64,000 nucleotides of DNA from a bacterium (GTDB taxonomy: Bacteria; Oederibacteriota; PGYV01; Palsa-1178), in contig JBAXIL010000003.1 of the NCBI GenBank assembly GCA_037138355.1, forward strand, positions 13,065 to 77,064, in the 5' to 3' direction. Of this stretch, positions 28,536 through 37,234 are shown piece by piece. Below the pieces are notes generated by a model, which saw nothing but the letters and a program-made list of their open reading frames with translations, was not told the origin of the DNA and searched no databases. The translations under genes and the position numbers were made by a program. Every line of letters starts with the position of its first letter. Positions within the stretch are counted from its first letter, which is position 1.

Positions 28536-29402
28536 ATGACTGAGAAAAACTTGCAACATCACGAAACGATCCATGAACCAAAAGTAGCTAAGCAACCATG
28601 GTGGAAAAACAAAAGGACAATAATAACTGCCCAAATTATGGGAGCTTTATTTGTAGCCATTTTTGTATTTTGGTTTATTTATTTAATGCCTTTTGTTTCA
28701 ACCGACGATGCCAGAATTGATGCCGATACAATAAAAATTGCCAATCTCGGTACTACTGGGCAAATTATAAAAGTTTTTGTAAAAGAAGGCGACAAAGTTG
28801 AAGCCGGTACCATACTGGCAGAGCTTGACCACGCCTCAGCAGAAGCCCAACTTTCAAGAGTGCAAGCTGCGTCACATTTTGCTAAAATTGACTTAAAAAG
28901 AACAAAAGCCATTGCTTCACAACAAGGTTTAAGCCAACAATCTGTGGATAAAACCATTCAAATGAATACCATAACACAAGCAGACTTAAAGCTTGCAGAA
29001 ATAGCGCTTGATAGAACTTACATAAAAAGTCCTGTTTCCGGTATAGTTGTTCAAAAGTCAGCTCAAGAAGGCAATATTCTTGAAAGCAATCAAACTGCAT
29101 TTATGGTAGCAGACATAGAACATGCAAGTATTTCAGCAAACATACTTGAAAAATCAGTTGGGGTTGTAAAAAATGGACAAGTGGTTTTTATTAAAATAGA
29201 TGAAGGTGGTAAATTAAAAGGTAAAGTTGTAGATGTACGCAGAGCAGCTGCTTCTGTTTTTGCTTTGATTCCATCTGATAATGCTTCTGGTAATTTTGTA
29301 AAAGTTGAACAACGCATCCCTATCAAAATAGAACTTGAACCAAACCATACAAAAAACTTAAGAGTTGGACAGTCCGTTGAAATTAAAATAAAAGTAAGAT
29401 AG
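28536..29402 (+). CDS. EmrA-like membrane fusion protein (HlyD family secretion protein) for an MFS pump.
   Basis: Single N-terminal TM. Biotinyl/lipoyl-like GDKVEAGTILAELD motif. YIKSPVSGIV beta-barrel motif. 288 aa. Confidence 0.85.
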   Translation: MTEKNLQHHETIHEPKVAKQPWWKNKRTIITAQIMGALFVAIFVFWFIYLMPFVSTDDARIDADTIKIANLGTTGQIIKVFVKEGDKVEAGTILAELDHASAEAQLSRVQAASHFAKIDLKRTKAIASQQGLSQQSVDKTIQMNTITQADLKLAEIALDRTYIKSPVSGIVVQKSAQEGNILESNQTAFMVADIEHASISANILEKSVGVVKNGQVVFIKIDEGGKLKGKVVDVRRAAASVFALIPSDNASGNFVKVEQRIPIKIELEPNHTKNLRVGQSVEIKIKVR

Positions 29403-29438
29403 TTTTTTTTACTTATGCAAAAAAATAAAAGGTGAATA

Positions 29439-31034
29439 ATGGATCGTAATCTACACGAAACTTTTCCTCCTGGCTATAAATGGAAAGTACTGGCCATTAT
29501 AATGATAGGCACAATGATGGCGACCCTTGACTCATCCATCGTAAATGTTTCTATCCCAGCAATCATGTCAGATTTTGGATCAAACTTAGAAGACATAGAA
29601 TGGATTATGACTGGTTATATGCTCGCTTTTGCAGCGCTTATGCCATTAACGGGTTGGCTCAGAGAAAGAATTGGTTACAAAAATATTCTAATCAGTTCTC
29701 TTATTTTATTTACTGTGGGTTCCCTATTGTGCGGTATGGCATGGAATCTTCCATCTCTCATTACAGCCAGAATCTTACAGGCTATAGGCGGTGGTGCCAT
29801 AATGCCCACTGGTATGGCTATGCTTTTTGAAGTTTTTCCACTTAAAGAAAGAGGAAAAGCCATGGGTTTTTGGGGCATGGGCATTATAGTTGGTCCTGCG
29901 ATAGGACCTACTCTCGGAGGTTATCTAACACACTCTTTCGGCTGGCGTTCTATATTTCTTGTCAACCTTCCTATAGGAATAATTGCTGTTATGATGGCAG
30001 CTGAAATGTTATTAAAAGATAATCTTCTTTCCAAAATAAAAAAATCATTTGATTTTTGGGGTTTTGCTTTTCTTACAATATTTCTTGTATCGTTTCTTTT
30101 AGGCATGTCAAAAGGCGAAAAAGAAGGTTGGCTATCTGTTTTTATTATTTCATGTTTTATATTAGCCATAACCAGTTTTGTTGGATTTATGCTTGTAGAA
30201 CTGCATTTAAAAGAAGGTCACGGAATTGTTGATTTATCACTTTTCAAATCCCCTGTATTTTCCATAGCGGCAATAATAGCTGTTGTCAGATCTATAGGTT
30301 TATTTGGGGGTGTATTTTTAATTCCTTTATTTTTGCAACAGCAAATGGGCTACAATGAATTGCAAAGTGGACTTATTATGCTTCCAAGTTCCCTACTTAT
30401 GGCCTTTGTCCTTCCTTTTGTAGGCCGTATGGCAGACAAAGTTGGGCCAAAAATACCTTCACTTATTGGTTTAGTCCTCATGGCATATAGTTTAATTGTC
30501 TATAAAACCATTGATGTCAATACCAGCCTATGGGATTTAATAAATCCTATGTTAATCAGAAGTTTTGGTATGGCTCTTTTAATGGCTCCTATTACTACAG
30601 CTGCCATGAATTCCGTGCCTTCAAGAAAAGCAGGTATGGCATCTTCACTAATGAATATTATACAGCAAGTAGGTGGATCTATAGGTATTGCCTTTTTCGC
30701 TACTGCTCTTTCCAACCGCGCACATTATCATATAAGCATAGTAAGCGAATCAGCAAAAAGTACTAACCCTGCTTTTATAGAAGCAGCTTCAAAAATAATG
30801 CAACATGTACACACCATGGGATTTTCATATTCACAATCCATGACTGCAGCAAAAATCGCCATTGTAAAAACAATGACAAAAGCCGCTATGGTCATGTCAT
30901 TTCAAGATGCTTTTATTATAGGCGGTATTATCGTTGCCTTAGCCATACCTATGGCAATTTTTCTTCCAAGCAAGGCCGTTCACCATGTTCATGGAGAATC
31001 AAAAGAAGGCGGGAGAGCAATTATAATAGATTGA
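29439..31034 (+). CDS. DHA2-family major facilitator superfamily drug:H+ antiporter (EmrB/QacA-like, 14 TM).
   Basis: MFS motif A (GWLRERIGYKNIL), motif C (GPAIGPTLGGYL), 14 predicted TM segments. 531 aa. Confidence 0.9.
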   Translation: MDRNLHETFPPGYKWKVLAIIMIGTMMATLDSSIVNVSIPAIMSDFGSNLEDIEWIMTGYMLAFAALMPLTGWLRERIGYKNILISSLILFTVGSLLCGMAWNLPSLITARILQAIGGGAIMPTGMAMLFEVFPLKERGKAMGFWGMGIIVGPAIGPTLGGYLTHSFGWRSIFLVNLPIGIIAVMMAAEMLLKDNLLSKIKKSFDFWGFAFLTIFLVSFLLGMSKGEKEGWLSVFIISCFILAITSFVGFMLVELHLKEGHGIVDLSLFKSPVFSIAAIIAVVRSIGLFGGVFLIPLFLQQQMGYNELQSGLIMLPSSLLMAFVLPFVGRMADKVGPKIPSLIGLVLMAYSLIVYKTIDVNTSLWDLINPMLIRSFGMALLMAPITTAAMNSVPSRKAGMASSLMNIIQQVGGSIGIAFFATALSNRAHYHISIVSESAKSTNPAFIEAASKIMQHVHTMGFSYSQSMTAAKIAIVKTMTKAAMVMSFQDAFIIGGIIVALAIPMAIFLPSKAVHHVHGESKEGGRAIIID

Positions 31035-31039
31035 TTTTT

Positions 31040-32434
31040 TTATTTAACATCAATTAATGTTATCTTTCCTTCTACTCTTTTCCCTGAATGATAATCTACA
31101 TAAACAATTGTCTTAAAATTTTTATATTTTCTATTTAAAAAAAGTGCCGTTTTTTCAGCATCAGGATTTTTAATATACACCGGATAAATACCATGATAGA
31201 TTGCCATTTGATAGTAGAGATTTCTCTTTTCCGTTATAGCTATAACTGGTTTTTCAGGTCTATAATCAGACATATAAGTTATGTCATGAAGTTCTTTTGT
31301 TTTTATTGCAATTCCGCAATTTTTCAGAACTCTCGGCATACACGCCGCTGCATACGACAAAGCATTTTCACTTTTATTTTCTTTTATCATAATATTTAAA
31401 TCAGGTTTTCTATTTTTTATCATATCTGCTTCTGCTTTTTTTATTATTTCAGACATACTCTTAACTGTTTTTTCAGGATACTTTCCTATAGATGTTTCTC
31501 CAGACAACATAAGAGTATCAGCTCCGTCTAAAACTGCATTATATACGTCAGTAACTTCCGCTCTTTCAGGATAGGGATTATTTGTCATTGATTCTAACAT
31601 TTGAGTGGCGACTATTACAAGTTTTCCTGTTTCATTAGCTTTTAAAATCATTTTTTTCTGCATTTGAGGTACATTCATATAACCAGCTTCTACAGCCAAG
31701 TCACCGCGTGCTACCATAATCCCATCTGAAACCTTTAAAATAGCATCTATATCTTTAACAGCTTCAGGTTTTTCTATCTTGGCTATTACCAAAGGAGAAC
31801 AATTTTTATGTTTTAAAATTATTTTCTTTAGTGCAGTCATATCATCAGCAGAACGAACAAATGACAAGCACACTATATCAACTTTATTTTTAAGTCCGTA
31901 TTTTAAATTAACACTGTCCCGCTTTGTTAGAGAGTTAACAGGCAATTTTGCGCCAGGAAGATTGACGCCCTTTCTTCCAGCTATATCACCACCAGCAATT
32001 ACCAAACATAATATTTTATCATTTTTTATTTTATTTACCTTAAGCTCTACTAATCCATCATTTATCATTATTTTTTGTCCGACAGTTATGTGTTTGTATA
32101 AATTTTTTATATCAATTGCTATAGTTTTATTGCTATCGTCCGTAAAGTGCTTTTCATTACATATAGTAATGATTTCACCCTTTTTTACAGTTACTATGTT
32201 TTCCATAGCGATAGTCCTTATTTTAGGTCCTTGCAAGTCCTGCATTATAGCCACTGCTTCGCCACTATTTTCTCTGGCTTTTTTTATATTTTTAATCACC
32301 TTGTCGAAGAAATTCATATCCCCATGTGAAAAATTAAGCCGGAAAACATTTACTCCAGCCTTAATCAACGCAACAATTTTTAAATACCCAGCAGTAGCAG
32401 GTCCGAGTGTCGCTATAATCTTTGTTTTTTTCAT
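31040..32434 (-). CDS. pyk: Pyruvate kinase.
   Basis: TKIIATLGP...NFSHG. K+/substrate site MVARGDLAVE. C-terminal allosteric domain. 464 aa. Confidence 0.93.
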   Translation of the reverse strand: MKKTKIIATLGPATAGYLKIVALIKAGVNVFRLNFSHGDMNFFDKVIKNIKKARENSGEAVAIMQDLQGPKIRTIAMENIVTVKKGEIITICNEKHFTDDSNKTIAIDIKNLYKHITVGQKIMINDGLVELKVNKIKNDKILCLVIAGGDIAGRKGVNLPGAKLPVNSLTKRDSVNLKYGLKNKVDIVCLSFVRSADDMTALKKIILKHKNCSPLVIAKIEKPEAVKDIDAILKVSDGIMVARGDLAVEAGYMNVPQMQKKMILKANETGKLVIVATQMLESMTNNPYPERAEVTDVYNAVLDGADTLMLSGETSIGKYPEKTVKSMSEIIKKAEADMIKNRKPDLNIMIKENKSENALSYAAACMPRVLKNCGIAIKTKELHDITYMSDYRPEKPVIAITEKRNLYYQMAIYHGIYPVYIKNPDAEKTALFLNRKYKNFKTIVYVDYHSGKRVEGKITLIDVK

Positions 32435-32524
32435 TTATGTACTTCCTCCATTTTTTACCATATACATGACCATATTTCTATTTAATTGATTATAACACAA
32501 AAAATGTTTTAAGGCCTATTTTGA

Positions 32525-32590
32525 ACAAAAAAAACAGGCACACCCTGCGCTATGACCCGTATTACTACGGTCCGGTGTGCCTGTTTTGAA
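32525..32590 (-). terminator. Intrinsic terminator for the small secreted-protein genes (minus strand): 12-bp perfect stem with a long structured loop and a T8 tract.
   Basis: AACAGGCACACC...GGTGTGCCTGTT at 32533..32544 and 32574..32585. Inner hairpin CCGTA-ttac-TACGG. The minus strand continues TTTTTTTTGTTC. Confidence 0.6.
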
Positions 32591-32605
32591 ATATCTTAAA
32601 GTAAA

Positions 32606-32821
32606 TTACTTTGCTGCAACTGGTGTTACTACTACTGTTGCTACTACTGCTGCTTTTGCTTTCTTTGCTTTTCTTACTTTTTTTACTTTTACTACTTTAG
32701 CTGTTTCTGTTGTTGATACTGGTACCACTGCTGTTGTTACTGCTGCTACTTTTGTTTCTGCTGCAAATACCATTGTTGAAGCTAATGCCAATGCCATAAC
32801 GATTACTACGAACTTTTTCAT
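32606..32821 (-). CDS. Small secreted cationic protein (71 aa precursor), A/V/T-rich with a central lysine cluster. Paralog of 32874..33089.
   Basis: Sec signal MKKFVVIVMALALASTMVFA/AE. Mature region is ...KVVKVKKVRKAKKAKAAVV... Consensus AGGAGG RBS 6 nt upstream. Confidence 0.6.
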   Translation of the reverse strand: MKKFVVIVMALALASTMVFAAETKVAAVTTAVVPVSTTETAKVVKVKKVRKAKKAKAAVVATVVVTPVAAK

Positions 32822-32873
32822 GCTGTTCCTCCTGAGTTTTTTTGTCTTTCTATTGCGCAGTTTTTTTATTTTA

Positions 32874-33089
32874 TTACTGTGCTACTGTCGTTGCTACTTT
32901 GTGCAAAGCTGCTTTCTTTTTGTGATGATTTCTTTTTTTACTCTTTGTTTTCTTTACTTTTACTGGAGCAGTGACTACAGCAGTTGTTGAATCTACTCCT
33001 GCAGTATTCTCAACTGGTTTGCTCTCCGCAGCAAAAATCATTGTAGTTGCAAACGCAAACGCTAAAACTAAAATAAATACTTTTTTCAT
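32874..33089 (-). CDS. Small secreted cationic protein, paralog. Start reassigned to MKKVFIL... at 33089.
   Basis: Sec signal MKKVFILVLAFAFATTMIFA/AE. Lysine/His cluster KVKKTKSKKRNHHKKK. AAGGAGG RBS lies inside the track's MKEDF extension, 6 nt before the second ATG. Confidence 0.6.
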   Translation of the reverse strand: MKKVFILVLAFAFATTMIFAAESKPVENTAGVDSTTAVVTAPVKVKKTKSKKRNHHKKKAALHKVATTVAQ

Positions 33090-33172
33090 AAAATCCTCCT
33101 TCATTTTTTTTAATATAAAAATATAATAAATGTAATTATCAAGATAGAGGGGGAAAATAAAACAGGGGATGT

Positions 33173-33538
33173 TTATTTACGGGTTCTAATTATAGTAAGA
33201 TTTACCTTTGTTTTATAAATAGCATCTGTATTTACACTTGAATATGCAGGTGCAGTTTCATATTTAAAATCAGTTCTGTGAATAAACGTATTATTTTCAA
33301 ATCCAAACTTATTATTTTCTTCAGCTGTAAACGATACAATACTCCTGGAATTAGTTGAATGTCTATGATTATGTTTCTTATGTATTGCTTGTTTGAATCC
33401 AGAATTTGTAATAGTTTCTTGTGAAATGCCAGTCAAAATATCTGTTTTATGATATTGATTAACTATTTCAGGTTGTATTTGTGCATATGCAACTGTAATA
33501 ATTGCAAGCAAAATTGCTATTATCATTGCTTTTTTCAC
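33173..33538 (-). CDS. Small secreted hypothetical protein (121 aa, GTG start).
   Basis: Sec signal (V/M)KKAMIIAILLAIITVAYA/Q. AGGAGG RBS 6 nt before GTG. No family recognised. Confidence 0.5.
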   Translation of the reverse strand: MKKAMIIAILLAIITVAYAQIQPEIVNQYHKTDILTGISQETITNSGFKQAIHKKHNHRHSTNSRSIVSFTAEENNKFGFENNTFIHRTDFKYETAPAYSSVNTDAIYKTKVNLTIIRTRK

Positions 33539-33786
33539 AATATACCTCCTGAAATTGTATTTTATTTAAACAACAGCAATTAGACGATTGCAAATACCTT
33601 AAAGTTCCATTTACTTTGGATTTTTTCCGCATTATTCACCAATCATATTTCAACTCTATTGATATGCAGCAATGCTTATCAAAATGTAAAAATAGAATTA
33701 ATTATCTTTGTTTAAGATGCTTTCTTGAATAATAAAACATTATATCTTTAAAAAAAGCTAAAAAACGCCATAAACACCTTTAATTC

Positions 33787-33815
33787 TTGACATACCCATT
33801 AATCCTTGTTAGAAT
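33787..33815 (+). promoter_or_regulatory. Near-consensus sigma70 promoter for the lipoprotein-UbiA-kinase operon (TTGACA-17nt-TAGAAT).
   Basis: TTGACA at 33787..33792. 17-nt spacer. TAGAAT at 33810..33815. About 37 nt upstream of the TTG start with GGAGGA RBS. Confidence 0.5.
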
Positions 33816-33852
33816 AATTTGATTTTACAACATAATTTCATGGAGGAAAATT

Positions 33853-34476
33853 TTGAAAAAAACTACTTTTTTGAGCTTATTTGGTGTATTGTTGCTATCT
33901 TCCCTATTCTTAATCTCAGGTTGTGGTACAGATGTAAAAAGAGCAAGAAAAGATGCAGCTCTATTAAATAGCTTTGAAACATTACAATCTGAACTCTCCA
34001 TAGGTGACTTTAACTTAGACACAAACGGATATGTTAATTTAGAACAAATAAAGAAATATGCTTCGCAAGGTAAGTTCTCAGCTAAAGCGGTTTTTTCCGT
34101 ACCTGTAGATTTTCTCACTACAACACAGGCTGCTAAAGCCAAAACATGGATTTCTTCCTTATCTATGGGTATTAATACTCTTACAAAACTAAAAACAACG
34201 GATTGGCAATATTATAAGAAATTTTCTATTGATATATATGTAGCCGATCCGACAGCACCAGATATTTTCATAAAGTTAGTAGATATGTACGGAAATGAGT
34301 ATTTAACACAAAGAGTTCTTAAAAACGGAAGAAACAAACTTGAGATAATTTTAGAAGATGTAAAAAATTCCAGAGTAAGTATATCTGCAATTACATCATT
34401 TTCAATATATATGGATACAATAAACCAACCAAAAGATATCACACTTTATCTTGATAATATAAGATTGGTTTTATAA
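33853..34476 (+). CDS. Hypothetical lipoprotein (207 aa, TTG start).
   Basis: Lipobox LFLISGC following an n/h-region. GGAGGA RBS. A 5-nt gap to the next gene suggests co-transcription. Confidence 0.55.
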   Translation: MKKTTFLSLFGVLLLSSLFLISGCGTDVKRARKDAALLNSFETLQSELSIGDFNLDTNGYVNLEQIKKYASQGKFSAKAVFSVPVDFLTTTQAAKAKTWISSLSMGINTLTKLKTTDWQYYKKFSIDIYVADPTAPDIFIKLVDMYGNEYLTQRVLKNGRNKLEIILEDVKNSRVSISAITSFSIYMDTINQPKDITLYLDNIRLVL

Positions 34477-34481
34477 GTTTT

Positions 34482-35351
34482 ATGAAATCAATCGGTGTAC
34501 TTTTTGACCTACTCAGGGTTAAACAGTGGACAAAAAATCTTTTAATTTACGCCGCCCTTGTTTTTACCAGCAATCTTTTTAATCCTATTTATTTTCGCAG
34601 TGTTACTATAGGATTTTTTCTTCTTTGTTTTGCGGCAAGCTCTCTTTATATCTTTAACGACTTAGCTGATTACGAATCAGACCGACTTCACCCCCAAAAG
34701 AGAAATAGACCTATTGCCTCAAATAAAGTTAATAAAATTTTTGCGTTGAGCTTAGCCATTCTTTTAATGTCATTTTCCTTAATTGGTGCTTATTTTCTTA
34801 ACTTTAGTTTTTTCATCCTAATTATATGCTATCTCACTATGACTACACTTTATACTTTATTTTTAAAACATATTGTTATAGTTGATGTCTTCATATTATC
34901 TATAGGTTTCGTTTTAAGAGCGATTGCAGGTGCCCTTGTGTTATCTGTTTCCATATCACCTTGGTTATTAATTTGTACCCTTTTATTGGCACTCTTTTTG
35001 GCTTTAGCAAAAAGAAGAAACGAACTCACCATACCAGATGCTCACAAACACAGAAAAATTTTAGAAGAATACTCCATACCACTTTTGGATGAAATGATAT
35101 CAGTAGTTACAGCTTCTACAGTTATTGCCTATTCGCTTTATACCTTTTATTCTCCAACAGCAGTCAAACATAGCTATCTTATGCTAACCATACCTTTTGT
35201 ATTATACGGAATTTTCAGATATTTGTATTTAATACACAAAAAAAATATGGGCGGAAGTCCTGAAGCAATTCTTCTTAAAGATTTACCAATAATGATAAAT
35301 GTAATTCTTTTTGTCTTGACCACAATAATAATTGTTTATTTTGTTAAATGA
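34482..35351 (+). CDS. UbiA-family prenyltransferase, most similar in motif to decaprenyl-phosphate phosphoribosyltransferase (DPPR synthase) class.
   Basis: About 8 TM helices. First Asp-rich motif NDLADYESDRLHPQKRNRPIASNKV (cf. NDxxDxExDRxHPxKRxRPIAxG of DPPR synthases). Second DxxxD-like region later. 289 aa. Confidence 0.75.
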   Translation: MKSIGVLFDLLRVKQWTKNLLIYAALVFTSNLFNPIYFRSVTIGFFLLCFAASSLYIFNDLADYESDRLHPQKRNRPIASNKVNKIFALSLAILLMSFSLIGAYFLNFSFFILIICYLTMTTLYTLFLKHIVIVDVFILSIGFVLRAIAGALVLSVSISPWLLICTLLLALFLALAKRRNELTIPDAHKHRKILEEYSIPLLDEMISVVTASTVIAYSLYTFYSPTAVKHSYLMLTIPFVLYGIFRYLYLIHKKNMGGSPEAILLKDLPIMINVILFVLTTIIIVYFVK

Positions 35352-36286
35352 TTCTTGCAGTTACTTTAAACTCCACCATAGACATTGTAATCCCTGTAAA
35401 TAATCTAAAACCTGGCTCTGTTTCTCGAACTAAAGCCATATACACCTACCCCGGTGGTAAAGCAACTAATGTTGCCCGCGCCTTAAAACAACTCGGTGCC
35501 ACTGCCCACGCTATTGGATTTGTAGGTATTAGGGATTCTCGCGAAACAGAACATTTTCTTAAACACCACGGCGTTACTTCGTCTTATATCCCATGTACTG
35601 GTTCAAATAGAATATGCCTTCTTTTAACCGAAACTAAGGATGTCCCGAGAGAAACGGTAATAAACAGCGAATCTGACATAGACATAACAAAAAAAGAAAT
35701 AGACATATTTTTACAACAACTTAAAACACTATCAATTAAAGCTTCACACATTATCTTTTCAGGCAGTTTACCCTTATCATTGCCATCAAACTTTTATGAA
35801 ACAGCCTTAAAAGTGGTAGATAAAAATTGTATCTCCATACTTGACACTTCGGCCAAATATCTATTTCATGGTATAAAAGCATCCCCTAAAATAATAAAAC
35901 AGAATCTAAGTGAGCTTGAATCAGCTTTTCATGTAAAACTAACAAATCCATCCAAAATTAAAAAATTTGTATCAGCACTTTCAATAAAATATAAGGTACC
36001 CATAATTATAGTAACTATGGATAAAAAGGGTTCGCTTGTGTTTGATAATGGAAGTTTTTATTTTTATCCAGCCATAAAAGTTAAAAAAATTATATCTCCT
36101 GTTGGTTCTGGTGATGCTTTTTCGGCAGGTTTAGTTTATGGATTATCAAAAGGATATAGCGTAAAAAACTCATGTAAATGGGCTGCCTCAGCTGCTTCTG
36201 CAAATTTGTCGCACTTGGGTTCGTGTTTTATTAGTAGGAAGAATGTATTAAAATATCTTGCCAATGCTAAAATTACTAATTATTGA
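35348..36286 (+). CDS. PfkB-family sugar kinase of the FruK/LacC (1-phosphofructokinase / tagatose-6-phosphate kinase) subfamily.
   Basis: N-terminal ILAVTLNSTIDIV...YPGGKATNVARAL. C-terminal anion hole PVGSGDAFSAGLVYG. ATGA overlap with the upstream gene indicates translational coupling. Confidence 0.78.
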   Translation: MILAVTLNSTIDIVIPVNNLKPGSVSRTKAIYTYPGGKATNVARALKQLGATAHAIGFVGIRDSRETEHFLKHHGVTSSYIPCTGSNRICLLLTETKDVPRETVINSESDIDITKKEIDIFLQQLKTLSIKASHIIFSGSLPLSLPSNFYETALKVVDKNCISILDTSAKYLFHGIKASPKIIKQNLSELESAFHVKLTNPSKIKKFVSALSIKYKVPIIIVTMDKKGSLVFDNGSFYFYPAIKVKKIISPVGSGDAFSAGLVYGLSKGYSVKNSCKWAASAASANLSHLGSCFISRKNVLKYLANAKITNY

Positions 36287-36310
36287 TTTTAAAAATTAGT
36301 TTTAGTAAAA

Positions 36311-37210
36311 TTAATGTTTATAAAAAGGTTCAATGTGAATTAAAACATTCACTTCCCCATATAATTCAGCAATCTTTGTTTCTATTTTTTTTGTAAGTTC
36401 ATGTGAGGCTTCTACTGTCATATTTCTATCTACTTTAACATGCATATCCACAAATATGGTTGAACCACTCTGCCGAGTTCTAATCTTATGGTAATCCCTA
36501 ACCTCAGTAAAACATGCCAACATTTCATATATTTTAATAAGTTCATTTTCATTTAAACCTTTATCAATTATCTGGTGCGTAAGTTTGTAAGACAACCTTA
36601 TAAATATACCAATTACCCAAACTCCAACAAATATGGCACCAATCGGATCTATCTGCCAAATTTTCGTAAACTGCATAATAATAAGTGCACCTGCTATACC
36701 AAAAGATGTAACCACATCCGCACGCAAATGTTCTCCATCTACCTCTATACCCACTGAACGAAGCTCTTTACCTTTTTTTATAAGATAATTAGAAACAAAC
36801 AAATTTACTACACCAGATATCAACATCACAATAATACCTGGAATAATGATTTCTGCGTGTGTCCCTTTCATAAATTTTCTATAACCTTCGTGTACAATTC
36901 CTACACCTATAATAAGAATGAGCACATTTTCTATCCAACCAGTTATAATTTCTACTTTACCATGTCCATATGGATGTTCTCTGTCCGGAGGACGTAAGGA
37001 ACCCTTTACTCCAAAATAAGCAATCAATGACGCGAGGAGATCATTTGCCGAATGAAGCGCTTCTGCCACAACACTAACTAAACCTGTTAATAGTCCTACT
37101 ACAAGCTTTAAAATAACTAAAACTATATTTGAAATTACTGAAAGCATTATTATTTTTTCTTTTTCTTTTTTTACTTTTTCAGCCATTCCTTCATAATTTT
37201 CAGTACTCAT
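36311..37210 (-). CDS. Cation diffusion facilitator family divalent metal efflux transporter (CzcD/FieF-like).
   Basis: 6 TM. HSANDLLASL and HPYGHGKVE motifs. C-terminal cytoplasmic domain. 299 aa. Confidence 0.88.
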   Translation of the reverse strand: MSTENYEGMAEKVKKEKEKIIMLSVISNIVLVILKLVVGLLTGLVSVVAEALHSANDLLASLIAYFGVKGSLRPPDREHPYGHGKVEIITGWIENVLILIIGVGIVHEGYRKFMKGTHAEIIIPGIIVMLISGVVNLFVSNYLIKKGKELRSVGIEVDGEHLRADVVTSFGIAGALIIMQFTKIWQIDPIGAIFVGVWVIGIFIRLSYKLTHQIIDKGLNENELIKIYEMLACFTEVRDYHKIRTRQSGSTIFVDMHVKVDRNMTVEASHELTKKIETKIAELYGEVNVLIHIEPFYKH

Positions 37211-37234
37211 TTAATTCCTCTTTTAAAATTTTAT

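Noticed and set aside
31779-32489. 236-aa plus-strand ORF antisense to pyruvate kinase.
   Set aside because: Same reasoning: hydrophobic low-complexity translation, no translation signals, and the opposite strand is a conserved housekeeping gene.
32577-32990. 137-aa plus-strand ORF spanning both small secreted-protein genes in antisense.
   Set aside because: The minus-strand genes have consensus RBSs, signal peptides and a shared terminator. The plus-strand ORF starts inside the terminator hairpin and has no RBS.
33825-34142. 105-aa minus-strand ORF overlapping the promoter, RBS and 5' end of the lipoprotein gene.
   Set aside because: It overlaps a gene with a consensus promoter, RBS and lipobox signal peptide. 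It lacks its own RBS and has atypical composition.
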